A DNA stretch of 64,000 nucleotides from an uncultured Actinomycetota bacterium (lineage in GTDB: Bacteria; Actinomycetota; Thermoleophilia; RBG-16-64-13). The stretch is from the NCBI GenBank assembly GCA_963701105.1, contig OY969565.1, positions 372,083 through 436,082 of the forward strand. The letters run 5' to 3'. The notes beneath the pieces are model-generated. The model was not told the origin of the DNA. It saw only the letters and a program-made list of their open reading frames with translations, and searched no databases. Below are positions 53,442 to 63,133 of this stretch, piece after piece (the stretch's first letter is position 1; each line of letters starts with the position of its first letter). The position numbers and the translations under genes were made by a program.

Positions 53442-54302
53442 TCAGATCGGCTCCACCGCGGGCACATCCGCTGCCTGCAGTACGTGTAGCGCGCGCGCGT
53501 TCGCGCGTGCCCTCCATTTGCCGCCCGAGGGGCGGACATCGGATATGACGGGAGCCTCTGCTTCCAGAGCGCCCCGCTTATCGGAGAAGAGCGCGAAATC
53601 CTGGGTCAACGTGGTGAGGTCGTGGTCACCGATGGTCGTCCCTTCGCGGTAGCTCTTGGCTGCCGGCATCCTTGTGAGCATCTCCAGCATGTAGTCGAGC
53701 GACTCTGACGTGAGAGACATGGTCACCAGTTGTTCGTCCACCGCTGCTTTTACGGCGCTCTCTTCCCGACCGGCTTCGTGGGCGCGCTCTTCGAGTACGG
53801 CGATGACCGCAGGCATGAATGTGGTGAGGTCTCGGGGGTTCCTAGAAGTGACCAGAGCACCGTCAACCACGGCCGGTGCATCGATCCATTCGGCGCCGGC
53901 GTTGATCATGTCGTCTTTGATGGCCGGCACCGAGGTGAGTCGTCGGCCTTTAGCGACCCCGGCAGAGACCAACACCGAACCGCCATGACAGATGGCAGCG
54001 ACGAGGCCGCCGCTCTCGGCGACCGAGGCCACGAACCGCTTGACGGCTTCGGAGCGTCTGAGGTAGTCGGGTGCCCAACCGCCGGGGATGACGACGCCGT
54101 CGAAATCGGCGGGGTCGAGGTCGTCGATGACCGCGTCGGTATCCGCGGGATAACCGTGCTTGGACGGATAAGAGTGGTCGCCCATCCCCGCGACGACGAC
54201 TGCGACGCCGGCCTCCTCCAGCCGGAGCTTCGGGTACCACAACTCCAGGTCCTCATACTGCTGCGCGACCAGGATCGCGACTCGCCGTCCATTCAGGGAC
54301 AT
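53442..54302 (-). CDS. DJ-1/PfpI family protein (class I glutamine amidotransferase-like) with about 100-aa C-terminal extension
   Basis: RVAILVAQQYEDLEL...DAVIDDLDPADFDGVVIPGGWAP...VAAICHGGSVL is the nucleophile-elbow Cys-His pattern. AAGGAGG RBS 6 nt upstream. Confidence 0.8.
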   Translation of the reverse strand: MSLNGRRVAILVAQQYEDLELWYPKLRLEEAGVAVVVAGMGDHSYPSKHGYPADTDAVIDDLDPADFDGVVIPGGWAPDYLRRSEAVKRFVASVAESGGLVAAICHGGSVLVSAGVAKGRRLTSVPAIKDDMINAGAEWIDAPAVVDGALVTSRNPRDLTTFMPAVIAVLEERAHEAGREESAVKAAVDEQLVTMSLTSESLDYMLEMLTRMPAAKSYREGTTIGDHDLTTLTQDFALFSDKRGALEAEAPVISDVRPSGGKWRARANARALHVLQAADVPAVEPI

Positions 54303-54609
54303 GTTGTCCTCCTTCGTCTCGGTCGATGGGTCCCTCTTCCCGATTGTGGGGCTGCGGCAAACGCGAGGACTATGCGCCCGCCACTTGTGTGCCGCCACGA
54401 CCCAGCCGCCCCCGGTCGGGTCGCTCCGCGACCCAGCCGCCGGCGGTAGGACCTCCCGGCGGAGGCATGGCCGTGTCTGCGCCGGGTTTGGAACAGAGAG
54501 GGAGAGGGGTAGGAGACCGGAACTGCGGGCGGCGGTGAAGTGAGCCCCGCCTGTGGCGCTCCGGTATCCGCTGCTGCGGCACACACGAAGTGAAGGAGAG
54601 AGGACGATC

Positions 54610-55194
54610 ATGGCTTTCACGCTGCCCGAACTACCCTACTCGAAAGATGCTCTTGAGCCCCACATCAGCGCGGAGACGCTCGAATACCACCACGGCAAGC
54701 ACCACAACGCGTACGTGACCAACCTGAACGGACTCATCGAAGGCACGGACATGGCGGACAAGAGCCTCGAGGAGATCATCGAGTCGGCCACGGGGGGTGT
54801 CTTCAATAACGCGGCCCAGGTCTGGAACCACAGCTTCTACTGGAAGTGCATGACCCCTGGTGGGGGAGGCGCGCCGAGCGGCGAGTTGGCGGCAGCGATC
54901 GATCGAGACTTCGGCTCCTTCGACGCGTTCAAAGAGGAGTTCGCCAAGGCGGGAGCCACACTCTTCGGGTCGGGCTGGACCTGGTTGGTCGCTGAAGGCG
55001 GCACACTCAAGATTACGCAGACCTCCAACGCCGACCTGCCGCTGAAGCACGGGCAGACCGCGCTGCTCACTATGGATGTGTGGGAGCACGCCTATTACGT
55101 GGACTATCGCAACGCTCGGCCGAAGTATATCGAGGCTTTCTTGAACGAGCTCGTGAACTGGGGCTTCGTAGCAGAGAATCTCGCCGCCTCCTAG
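54610..55194 (+). CDS. sodA: superoxide dismutase (Fe/Mn family; Fe-type signature AAQVWNHSFYW)
   Basis: FTLPELPY...HHGKHH...DVWEHAYY metal ligands. Confidence 0.95.
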   Translation: MAFTLPELPYSKDALEPHISAETLEYHHGKHHNAYVTNLNGLIEGTDMADKSLEEIIESATGGVFNNAAQVWNHSFYWKCMTPGGGGAPSGELAAAIDRDFGSFDAFKEEFAKAGATLFGSGWTWLVAEGGTLKITQTSNADLPLKHGQTALLTMDVWEHAYYVDYRNARPKYIEAFLNELVNWGFVAENLAAS

Positions 55195-55207
55195 GGCGTC
55201 CCGTATT

Positions 55208-55243
55208 GCCGCCGCCGCAGGACGCCGTCCTGCGGCGGCGGCC
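55208..55243. terminator. perfect 17-bp-arm palindrome (GCCGCCGCCGCAGGACG-cc-CGTCCTGCGGCGGCGGC) downstream of sod
   Basis: Read directly from the sequence; no U-tract follows. Confidence 0.5.
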
Positions 55244-55482
55244 GTGGCGGGCGCGGGCGCGCTCTTCCTCCCGTGAACGCCCGCCGCCGATCGCGCCCGT
55301 CTCCGTAGCGCGCAACGCACGTCCTGCCCGTGGTCTCTCCTGTTAGAATCACCGACGACGCACCGTTCGCTCCGCGCGTTCCGCGGACGGCCGGTATCGC
55401 GGTCCGGTAGGGCGCCGGTAGCTCGAATCGATGGGAGCGTAGCGCGGCAAAGACGATCAACAGTTCTCGTGGGCGGGGATCG

Positions 55483-56898
55483 GTGGCGACGGCGCACGTG
55501 GGGAGCTTCGCCACGAGATTGCGAGTCCTGCGGGGATACGCAGAGGAAGCGTTCTTGGCCGGCCTCGCCGCCGTCGAACCCAGAGAACGGACGCGCGAGG
55601 CTTTCTCTCGCCTTATCCGCCCGAATGTCGGCACCGGACCGCGTACCTCACCGGTGAATACTGCACCCGGCTGGAGCATCTCCTCCGGTCGGCCGCCGGC
55701 TCGACTCATCGTCGTGGGGGCGGGGAAGGCGGCGCCGGGGATGGCGGCCGGCTTGGAGGATGCTGTCGTGGATTCGTGGGGTGCCGGCCTGCCTACCCGG
55801 GTCGAGGGAGTTGTTGCCTCCACCGGCGGGCGGAGCGTCGACACTCGCTGGGTGGAGATCACGGAGGCGGGGCATCCGCTGCCCGACGAACGGAGTGAGA
55901 AAGCCGGCCGGTGGATGCTCGCGGCAGCCGCCGGGGCCGGCCCGGACGACCTGGTGGTCGCTCTGGTATCCGGAGGCGCGAGTTCTCTGATGGCTGTGCC
56001 CGCTGAGGATCTGACCCTTGAGCACCTGCGGATCGCGAGCGAGCTGTTACTGAGGTCGGGGACCTCCATCCACGAGGTCAATGGCTTCAGGAAGCACCTG
56101 TCTGCGATCTCGGGTGGACTGCTCGGCCTAGCGGCGGAACGCGCTACCGCCGTGTGTCTACTGTTATCCGATGTGGTCGGAGACGACCTGTCTGTGATCG
56201 GCAGCGGCCCGCTGTTCGGCGATAGCTCCACCTTCGGCGACTGCCTGCGGACGGCCGCGTCTCGGGACTTCCTCTCCGCTCTGCCTCTTCCGGTGAGGTC
56301 GCGGCTCGAGAGGGGGGCTGCGGGAACCGTCGCCGAGACTCCGGCGCCGGACGACAGCCGCTTGTCGAGGATACACCACGAAGTGGCCGCGCGTGGACTG
56401 GACGCCTGCCGCGCGGCTGCGGCCTCGTGCGAGCGGTCCGGGTTCCACACCATCCTTCTTTCCCACATGTTGCAGGGCGAGGCCGGGGCCTTAGGAGTCG
56501 TCCTCGGAGGCGTGGCCGCCGGCATCCACGGCGCCGGCGTGCCGATCGCGCCACCGTGCGCCGTCGTGAGCGGCGGCGAGTGCACCGTTACCGTGTACGG
56601 GAACGGGCAGGGGGGACGCAATCAAGAGACCTGTCTCGCGGCAGTCCCCTACCTCGAAGGCCTGCCGGCCGCTCTCCTCTCGGCGGGCACGGACGGCGTG
56701 GACGGGAACACAGACGCAGCCGGGGGCCTCGTAGACGGCCTCTCCCTGGCCCGCGCCGCGGCCGGGGGCGTAGACATCGACCAAGCCCTGGCGCGCAACG
56801 ACTCCGGCCCGGCCCTCCAGGCGATGGGCGACCTAGTCCGCACCGGCCCCACCGGAACCAACGTGGCCGACCTGCGCGTCATGCTCGTGGAATCGTGA
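55483..56898 (+). CDS. glycerate 2-kinase (MOFRL family, GckA/TtuD-like)
   Basis: LIVVGAGKAAPGMA... N-terminal DUF4147-like domain and C-terminal MOFRL domain (CTVTVYGNGQGGRNQE...GTDGVDGNTDAAGG). Confidence 0.8.
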   Translation: MATAHVGSFATRLRVLRGYAEEAFLAGLAAVEPRERTREAFSRLIRPNVGTGPRTSPVNTAPGWSISSGRPPARLIVVGAGKAAPGMAAGLEDAVVDSWGAGLPTRVEGVVASTGGRSVDTRWVEITEAGHPLPDERSEKAGRWMLAAAAGAGPDDLVVALVSGGASSLMAVPAEDLTLEHLRIASELLLRSGTSIHEVNGFRKHLSAISGGLLGLAAERATAVCLLLSDVVGDDLSVIGSGPLFGDSSTFGDCLRTAASRDFLSALPLPVRSRLERGAAGTVAETPAPDDSRLSRIHHEVAARGLDACRAAAASCERSGFHTILLSHMLQGEAGALGVVLGGVAAGIHGAGVPIAPPCAVVSGGECTVTVYGNGQGGRNQETCLAAVPYLEGLPAALLSAGTDGVDGNTDAAGGLVDGLSLARAAAGGVDIDQALARNDSGPALQAMGDLVRTGPTGTNVADLRVMLVES

Positions 56899-56902
56899 CC
56901 GC

Positions 56903-58147
56903 GTGAGCGTGAAGCAAGGCGATCTGAGCTACCGCGATATGTCGATATTGACGGTACCTACGATCGGCCTGTCCGTGTGCCTGTCCCTCGTCGCCACCTA
57001 CCTGCCGTTGTTGCTCAGTCGCTACACCAGTTCGGCCACGCTCATCGGCGTAGCCATAGGCGGGGAAGGTCTGTTCGCCCTGGCCATACCTTTGGTGGTG
57101 GGGTCGCTCAGCGATCGGATGTGGACCCGGTGGGGGAGACGCCGGCCGTTCATGATAGTGGGCGCACCGATCATGGCCGCCGCTATCTTCCTGGCGCCCT
57201 TCCAGCCTGGGTACGTGCCCATCGCCGCTACCACCTTCGTCTTCTTCGCCGCCTACCATTTCTACTCAGCACCCTACCAGTCGCTCATCCCCGATCTCGC
57301 ACCTTTGCACCAGCAGGGACGGGTACAGGGGTTTCAAACGATGATGCGTGGGGCGGGGATGTTCTTGGGCATGGTGGTCGCGGGCTTCCTGTTCGAAACC
57401 TGGGAACCTCTGCCCTTTGTCTTGGCGGCGTTCCTCATGGTGGGAGTCACCTACGTCGCCGTGTCATTGATCGAGGAGTCCCCGTTCTCCGCAGACGCGC
57501 GGCCGGCCACCGGAGGGCTGCGTTCGACGCTTGTGGACATCTGGCGCACCAGTCGGCGCGAGAAGACAATCATGCGATTGTTGTCGGCCAATTTCCTTTG
57601 GGAATCGACCATCCAGGGGATCCGTCCCTTCATCATGCTGTACTTCCTATACGTCCTCGGGACCAACACCATGACGGGCGCGTCGTTGCTTGGGCTGGTA
57701 GGGATCGTGTACATCGTCGCCGGGATGAGCGGTGGTTTCTTAGCGGACCGGTTCGGTCGGGAACGGATCTTGTGGACGGGTCTCTGGATCTACCTGGTCG
57801 GGTGTTCGATCGGCTTTTTCGTGCGTAGTCTGCACGTGAGCCTGGTGCTGCTGCCCATCTTCGGTTTGGGCGGCTCGCTGGTGCTCACGCTCCCCTATGC
57901 AGTGATGATGCCTCTCATGCCGCGTGACCGCATCGGGCAATTCACCGGACTGTTCTCGGTCTCGCGCGGGGCCGCCACGGTGGTCGCGCCGGTGGTCTTT
58001 GGCGCGTGTATCGACGCGGCCACGGCCGTGGTAGGAAAGACCGACGGCTACGCCATGATCTGGCCGTTGGCGGCGGTGGCAATCCTCATCTCTCTTCTGC
58101 TCTTCCGAACGGTGACTTCTTCTCAGAAGGAGACTTCGGGAGCGTGA
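56903..58147 (+). CDS. MFS transporter
   Basis: Twelve predicted TM helices and the MFS loop motif GSLSDRMWTRWGRRRPF. Confidence 0.8.
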   Translation: MSVKQGDLSYRDMSILTVPTIGLSVCLSLVATYLPLLLSRYTSSATLIGVAIGGEGLFALAIPLVVGSLSDRMWTRWGRRRPFMIVGAPIMAAAIFLAPFQPGYVPIAATTFVFFAAYHFYSAPYQSLIPDLAPLHQQGRVQGFQTMMRGAGMFLGMVVAGFLFETWEPLPFVLAAFLMVGVTYVAVSLIEESPFSADARPATGGLRSTLVDIWRTSRREKTIMRLLSANFLWESTIQGIRPFIMLYFLYVLGTNTMTGASLLGLVGIVYIVAGMSGGFLADRFGRERILWTGLWIYLVGCSIGFFVRSLHVSLVLLPIFGLGGSLVLTLPYAVMMPLMPRDRIGQFTGLFSVSRGAATVVAPVVFGACIDAATAVVGKTDGYAMIWPLAAVAILISLLLFRTVTSSQKETSGA

Positions 58148-58593
58148 GTCCCTCGGTTTCGGCTCCAAGTCTCTTGTTTGACGTTGCCGCGGAGTGGGGA
58201 GGAAGAGACTGCCGTAGGATCTTGTCCGCTTTCTTTGCGACCCTGAACACGGGGGGAGGCGCGGTGAACACCACACCTTCGAGGAAAGAACATCACACCA
58301 CTTCAGCGTTAGGGGCAGCGTCTGCTGCGAACCCGGAGGCCGAGGTCGTGTCTCCGGTGGGTGACGGGTCGGTTGCCACGCCCGCGCTTTCTGCGATCGA
58401 ATCGCGCGTGTTGGCCGCACTTTCCGAGGAACGGCACCTCTCTTTCGCGGTCCTGCGCACGCGAGTGGGGGCAACGCCGGAGGAGTTGCGTTCGGCCCTC
58501 AAAGACTTGAGGTCGCAGGGTCTGGTCGCCCGCCTCCACACACTCGGAGAGAGCTACGCCTCCCGTTTCCCGGGACTCAGTGTCGACGACTGA
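58144..58593 (+). CDS. hypothetical small protein with C-terminal winged-helix-like segment
   Basis: GTGA overlap with the MFS stop. The C-terminal ESRVLAALSEERHLSFAVLRTRVGATPEELRSALKDLRSQGLV resembles a MarR/ArsR-type wHTH. Weak call. Confidence 0.35.
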   Translation: MSPSVSAPSLLFDVAAEWGGRDCRRILSAFFATLNTGGGAVNTTPSRKEHHTTSALGAASAANPEAEVVSPVGDGSVATPALSAIESRVLAALSEERHLSFAVLRTRVGATPEELRSALKDLRSQGLVARLHTLGESYASRFPGLSVDD

Positions 58594-59506
58594 AGCGCCG
58601 CCTGTCGGTTTTCTGCGCAGGCTCCTAGCGGTGCCGGGTATGGTGTACCAGGGCATCGGTCGAGATGACTGTCTAGGACTTTCGGCTCAGATAGCCTACT
58701 ACGGCCTCTTCTCGCTCTTCCCCTTCCTGCTCTTCCTGAGATCCCTGGTGCGCCACTTGCCCGGCAAGGAGCAGGTGATCCAGGCCACCTTGGACGGGCT
58801 GGCGGCTCTTGTCACCACGAATAGTCGGCTCTATGAGATCGTCCGGGACAACATCGTCGAACAGTTGAACGCGGGGAGTCCCACCTTGCTCTCGGTGGGG
58901 GCTATCCTGACCGTGTGGGGCGCCTCGAGCGCATTCTCGGTTCTGATAAAGGCGATCAATCGTGCCTACGGCGTTGGGGAGACACGGTCGTGGCAGAGGC
59001 GGCGGCTCATCGCGCTCGCACTGACCGTGCTGGCCGCCATCTTGATCCCCGCCGGAGTCTCCTTGTTGCTGCTCAGTCCTAGGCTGAGCGAGCGGCTGGC
59101 GCAGGGGGCCGTGGGCTACGCCGCTCACCTAGCGTGGACGATATTGCGCTGGCCCGGGGTCTTCGCTCTGCTCGTGGTCCCGGTGACGGTCATCTATCTG
59201 GTCGCCCCCAACATACGCCAGAGATGGACGTGGGTGCTGCCGGGAGCCGTCTTCGCCGTGGGAGCGATAATCCTGTCCTCGCTCGGCTTCTCCTGGTTCA
59301 TCGGTCTGAACCTCTTCGAGTTGAAGTGGTTCACCTACGGAGCGATAGGGATAGTCATCGTCATCTTGTTTTGGATGTACCTGATGGGCTTCGCGATACT
59401 AGTCGGGGCCGAGATAAACGGTGCTTGGAGTATGGCCGTGGGGCGGCGCCCGCTCCCCGCCGGAAAGGTCGTCGTCGTCCAGGATCAGGACACGGCCGAA
59501 CGCTAG
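58580..59506 (+). CDS. YihY/BrkB family inner-membrane protein (ribonuclease BN-like)
   Basis: Six TM helices and the conserved SAQIAYYGLFSLFP motif. Confidence 0.8.
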   Translation: MSTTEAPPVGFLRRLLAVPGMVYQGIGRDDCLGLSAQIAYYGLFSLFPFLLFLRSLVRHLPGKEQVIQATLDGLAALVTTNSRLYEIVRDNIVEQLNAGSPTLLSVGAILTVWGASSAFSVLIKAINRAYGVGETRSWQRRRLIALALTVLAAILIPAGVSLLLLSPRLSERLAQGAVGYAAHLAWTILRWPGVFALLVVPVTVIYLVAPNIRQRWTWVLPGAVFAVGAIILSSLGFSWFIGLNLFELKWFTYGAIGIVIVILFWMYLMGFAILVGAEINGAWSMAVGRRPLPAGKVVVVQDQDTAER

Positions 59507-59567
59507 TCGAGCCCGCCGTGCCGGTCGCGGCCGCGGACGCGGCCGCGACTGAGGCGCCCGCGGCAGC

Positions 59568-60338
59568 CTAGGCGCCCCGCGTCGAGTCCACGCTTTTGCC
59601 CGCGACATTCTGATCGAGCCAGTGGAGCCACTCGTCCACACCCTCCCCTGAACGGGAGGACAGGCAGATCACCGGCAGGGTGGGGTTGACCTTACGAATG
59701 TTGGTGCGGATGAGGTCCAGATCGACATCGAGGTAGGGCACCAGGTCGATCTTGGTGATAAGGGCGAGGGTGGCCTCGTGGAACATCAGAGGGTACTTGA
59801 GAGGCTTGTCTTCTCCCTCGGTCACCGAGAGAAGCACCACCTTGGCGTCCTCGCCGATATCGAACTCGGCCGGACACACGAGATTGCCCACGTTCTCGAC
59901 GATGAGAAGGTCGAGCCCGTGGAGGTCGAGCTGCTGCACGGCGCTGGCGACCAGCGGCGCCGCCAGGTGGCAGTCTCCGCCGAACGGCGCCGTGTTCACC
60001 TGGACCACCTGGATGCCGAAGGGAGCCAGCCGATCGGCGTCGGCGCTGGTCTCGATGTCGCCTTCGATGACCCCGACACGCAGGCTCATTCCGGTAGCGG
60101 CCAGCGTCGCTTCCAGGAGCGCCGTCTTACCGGAGCCCGGAGAGCTCATGAGATTGGCGGTGAATACTCCGTGGCCCGCGAGCAACGAACGGATGCCCCG
60201 GGCGTGTCGATCGTTCGCGGCCATGAGGTCGGAGTGCAGGGAGATCTCCCGAAGGCCGTCTCCGCCGGGCACGGCGCCCGCCGGCCCGTGCGCCCCCGGT
60301 CCGTGGCTGTGTCCGCCTCGGTGTGAGCGCGCGAACAT
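59568..60338 (-). CDS. hypB: hydrogenase nickel incorporation GTPase HypB (His-rich N-terminus)
   Basis: MFARSHRGGHSHGPGAHG His-rich head, GSGKTALL P-loop, ENVGNLVCP and the G3E-type (N/T)KxD motif TKIDL. Confidence 0.9.
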   Translation of the reverse strand: MFARSHRGGHSHGPGAHGPAGAVPGGDGLREISLHSDLMAANDRHARGIRSLLAGHGVFTANLMSSPGSGKTALLEATLAATGMSLRVGVIEGDIETSADADRLAPFGIQVVQVNTAPFGGDCHLAAPLVASAVQQLDLHGLDLLIVENVGNLVCPAEFDIGEDAKVVLLSVTEGEDKPLKYPLMFHEATLALITKIDLVPYLDVDLDLIRTNIRKVNPTLPVICLSSRSGEGVDEWLHWLDQNVAGKSVDSTRGA

Positions 60339-60405
60339 GGATCGGGGCCGCGGCAGCCGGCACGGAGCTTCGAGGATCTCATCGGCGGTGTGCCGTCCGG
60401 GCAAG

Positions 60406-60759
60406 TCAGTCGGTGCCATCGTCCACCTCGATCGCCCGCAAGAGCAGTTCTTTGCCGGATAACACCTTCACGGGTCCTTCGCAGGTGGGACATTGGAATT
60501 CGACGTCGTGGACCACCCACTGACGGTCGCAGCGATCGCAGCGTACTTCCACGGGTATCTCCTCGATTATCAGATGGGCCCCGGCCGCCCGCGTGCCGGA
60601 GCTGGCTACCTGGAAACAGAAGGAAAGAGCCTCCGGCACGACGGCTCGGAGACCGCCCACCTCGAGCGTCACCGTCATGACCCGCGCGGCTGGGTCGAAG
60701 TCTTCCAGGCAGCGCTCCACCTCTTCGACCACGTTGACGGCCAACGTCATCTCGTGCAT
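60406..60759 (-). CDS. hypA: hydrogenase nickel insertion protein HypA
   Basis: MHEMTLAVNVVEEV..., zinc-finger CDRCD...CPTC. Confidence 0.85.
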   Translation of the reverse strand: MHEMTLAVNVVEEVERCLEDFDPAARVMTVTLEVGGLRAVVPEALSFCFQVASSGTRAAGAHLIIEEIPVEVRCDRCDRQWVVHDVEFQCPTCEGPVKVLSGKELLLRAIEVDDGTD

Positions 60760-60790
60760 CGCCTGCCTGCCTCGAAGGTGAGGGTGAGCC

Positions 60791-61804
60791 TCAACATATG
60801 CGCGGCAACTGCTCGCCCAACGGCATATCCAAGATCCTGCGGCCTCCCAGGCCGGTGTCCAGAGTGACAAGACCTTCCAGTCCCTCTTCGATCCGGCCCA
60901 CCACCGCCGCGTGGGTGCCGCGGGGGTGTGACTTCATCGTCTGCAGAGCACGGTCGGCGTCGGATGCTGCGACCACAGCGATCAGCGTGCCCTCGTTGGC
61001 CGAGTATAGGGGGTCGATGCCGAGAAGTTCGCCGAGCGATCTCGCGGCGGGTGACACGGGGATCGACGCCGAGTCGAAGGCTATGCCCCAGGTGTGTCCC
61101 GACGCGATCTCATTGGCCACGGCCGCGACGCCGCCCCGGGTGGCGTCGCGCAGGAAGCGCACGGCGATCCCGGCCTCGAAGAGCGCGCCGACGAGAGAAT
61201 TGAGGGGAGCGCAGTCGCTCTCGATCGGGGTCTCGAAACGGAGCCCTTCCCGGCTCGAGAGAACGGCGAGACCGTGATTGCCCACGGGACCGTTGACCAA
61301 GAGTACGTCGCCCGGCGACGGTTCACCCCAGCCTTCGGGGAGTTCCCGTAGCACACCCACGCCTGCGGTGGCGATGTAGACGCCGTCGGCCTTCCCCCGT
61401 TCCACGACCTTCGTGTCTCCGGCCACGAGTCTCACTCCGGCCTCGGCGGCCGTCGCGGCCATGGAAGCGACGATGCGACGCAGGTGGGCGATGAGGAGAC
61501 CTTCCTCCAGGATGAACGCGCAGGTCAGATACTCGGGGACGGCTCCCGCCACCGCCAGGTCGTTGACGGTGCCCGCCACGGCCAGAGTGCCGATATCCCC
61601 GCCCGGAAAGAAGAGAGGTGACACGACGAAGGCATCAGTGGTGAGGGCTATCCGGTTCCCGCCCAGACTGACTACGGCCGAATCGTCGAGCTTTCTGAGA
61701 ACGGGGTTCTCGAAGGCCGGAAGAAACACATCCCGCACCAGTCGACCGGAGAGAGAGCCACCGCCCCCGTGCGCCAGGAGGACGCGGTCGTACTCAGCTC
61801 TCAC
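60791..61804 (-). CDS. hypE: hydrogenase maturation carbamoyl dehydratase HypE
   Basis: AIR-synthase-related fold. N-terminal LLAHGGGG and the C-terminal ...PRIC cysteine motif. Confidence 0.9.
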   Translation of the reverse strand: MRAEYDRVLLAHGGGGSLSGRLVRDVFLPAFENPVLRKLDDSAVVSLGGNRIALTTDAFVVSPLFFPGGDIGTLAVAGTVNDLAVAGAVPEYLTCAFILEEGLLIAHLRRIVASMAATAAEAGVRLVAGDTKVVERGKADGVYIATAGVGVLRELPEGWGEPSPGDVLLVNGPVGNHGLAVLSSREGLRFETPIESDCAPLNSLVGALFEAGIAVRFLRDATRGGVAAVANEIASGHTWGIAFDSASIPVSPAARSLGELLGIDPLYSANEGTLIAVVAASDADRALQTMKSHPRGTHAAVVGRIEEGLEGLVTLDTGLGGRRILDMPLGEQLPRIC

Positions 61805-62973
61805 GATGTGCCGGGTTCTGGGTCGGGAACGGGCTCGATAGGCGGGCTTGACGCGGCTGGATCGGAAACCCGGTGGGACGCCGCAGGGTGACGTTCATAG
61901 CGATAGTAGGCCGCGCAGGTACCTTCGGAAGAGACCATACACGCGCCCCGCGGGTTCTCCGGAGTGCAGGCCCGTGCAAACAGAGGGCACTGCGGCGGGG
62001 TCACCACGCCCCGCAGGACGTCGGGGCAACGACACGAAGGGTCGTCCCTGCCCTCAGGAACGTGGACTTCGAAACGCCGGGCGGCATCCAGGTGACCAAA
62101 GCGGGGACGGATACTGAGACCGCTGCCCGGTATGACGCCGAAGCCCCGCCAGGTGGCGTCACACGGCTCGAAGACACGTTCGAGGAGGGACTTGGCCGCG
62201 GGGTTGCCTTCGGGAGTCACGGCCCGCCCGTAGGCGTTCTCGACCTCAGCCCGTCCTTCTGCGACCTGCCGCACCAGCATCAACAGCGCCCGCAAGATGT
62301 CCAGAGACTCGAACCCTGCCACGACACAGGATGCGCCGAATTCCTCCGCGAGGAAGCGATAGGCGTTCGATCCGATGACCGTGCTCACGTGACCGGGACA
62401 TATGAACCCCCGCACCTCCACCTGAGGGGCTTCCATCAGCGCCCGCATGGGGGGAGGCATGACCTTGTGGTCTGAGAGCACGGAGAAGTTCTCGAGGCCT
62501 TCCTGATCGGCCTGGAGCAGAGCGGCGGCAACCGTTGGCGCCGTGGTCTCGAACCCGACACCCAGGAAGACGAATTGCCGCCCAGGTTCTTTGCGCGCCA
62601 TGGCGAGAGCGTCAAGAGTGGAGTACACGACCCGGACGTCCGCGCCCGCGGCGCGTTCCCGTTCCAGGCTGGTGTCAGATCCCGGAACGCGGATGAGGTC
62701 GCCGAAGGTGGTGATGGTCACCATCGGCAGGCGGGAGAGGGCCAGTGCGTGGTCGATGTGACGCAAGGGGGTGACACACACGGGGCAGCCAGGCCCCGAT
62801 ACCAGACGCACGGTATCGGGCAGGAGCGAGCGGATGCCGAAGCGCGAGATGGCCATGGTATGGCTGCCACAGACCTCCATGAAGGTCGTGGGAGCCGGCA
62901 GAGGCACCGCTCGGAGGGCGGCGAGGATGCCCGCCGCCGCTTCCTTGTCCCTGAATTCGTCTACGTAGCGCAT
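61801..62973 (-). CDS. hypD: hydrogenase maturation factor HypD
   Basis: MRYVDEFRD..., CGSHT, GPGCPVC and FICPGHVS motifs. Confidence 0.9.
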   Translation of the reverse strand: MRYVDEFRDKEAAAGILAALRAVPLPAPTTFMEVCGSHTMAISRFGIRSLLPDTVRLVSGPGCPVCVTPLRHIDHALALSRLPMVTITTFGDLIRVPGSDTSLERERAAGADVRVVYSTLDALAMARKEPGRQFVFLGVGFETTAPTVAAALLQADQEGLENFSVLSDHKVMPPPMRALMEAPQVEVRGFICPGHVSTVIGSNAYRFLAEEFGASCVVAGFESLDILRALLMLVRQVAEGRAEVENAYGRAVTPEGNPAAKSLLERVFEPCDATWRGFGVIPGSGLSIRPRFGHLDAARRFEVHVPEGRDDPSCRCPDVLRGVVTPPQCPLFARACTPENPRGACMVSSEGTCAAYYRYERHPAASHRVSDPAASSPPIEPVPDPEPGTS

Positions 62974-62974
62974 C

Positions 62975-63133
62975 TCAGGGATTATAGCCGGGGACCGCCA
63001 GGACACAGACGCCGTCACCCGCACCGGAGGAAGCGAGGCTCACCGGAGCGATGTCGCACACCATGGCGCCCGTCACCACGGCGGCGGCGCTCACCATGGC
63101 GGCGCCGATCGTCATGAGGGCGGCGCTCACCAT
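62975..63133 (-). CDS. 52-aa hydrophobic small ORF built from 3 x 36-bp tandem repeats, bridging murB stop and hypD start
   Basis: MVSAALMTIGAA/MVSAAAVVTGA/MVCDIAPVSLASS...GVCVLAVPGYNP. The ATG overlaps the murB stop (ATGGTGA) and the stop lies 1 nt before the hypD ATG. Below the ORF-track size cut-off; found by manual translation. Confidence 0.25.
   Translation of the reverse strand: MVSAALMTIGAAMVSAAAVVTGAMVCDIAPVSLASSGAGDGVCVLAVPGYNP

Noticed and set aside
62975-63133. Calling the 52-aa micro-ORF a functional HypC
   Set aside because: It lacks the obligatory N-terminal Met-Cys, is too short, and has no OB-fold sequence. Only a 6-7-aa C-terminal stretch resembles the HypC N-terminus. Reported as a remnant or repeat element.
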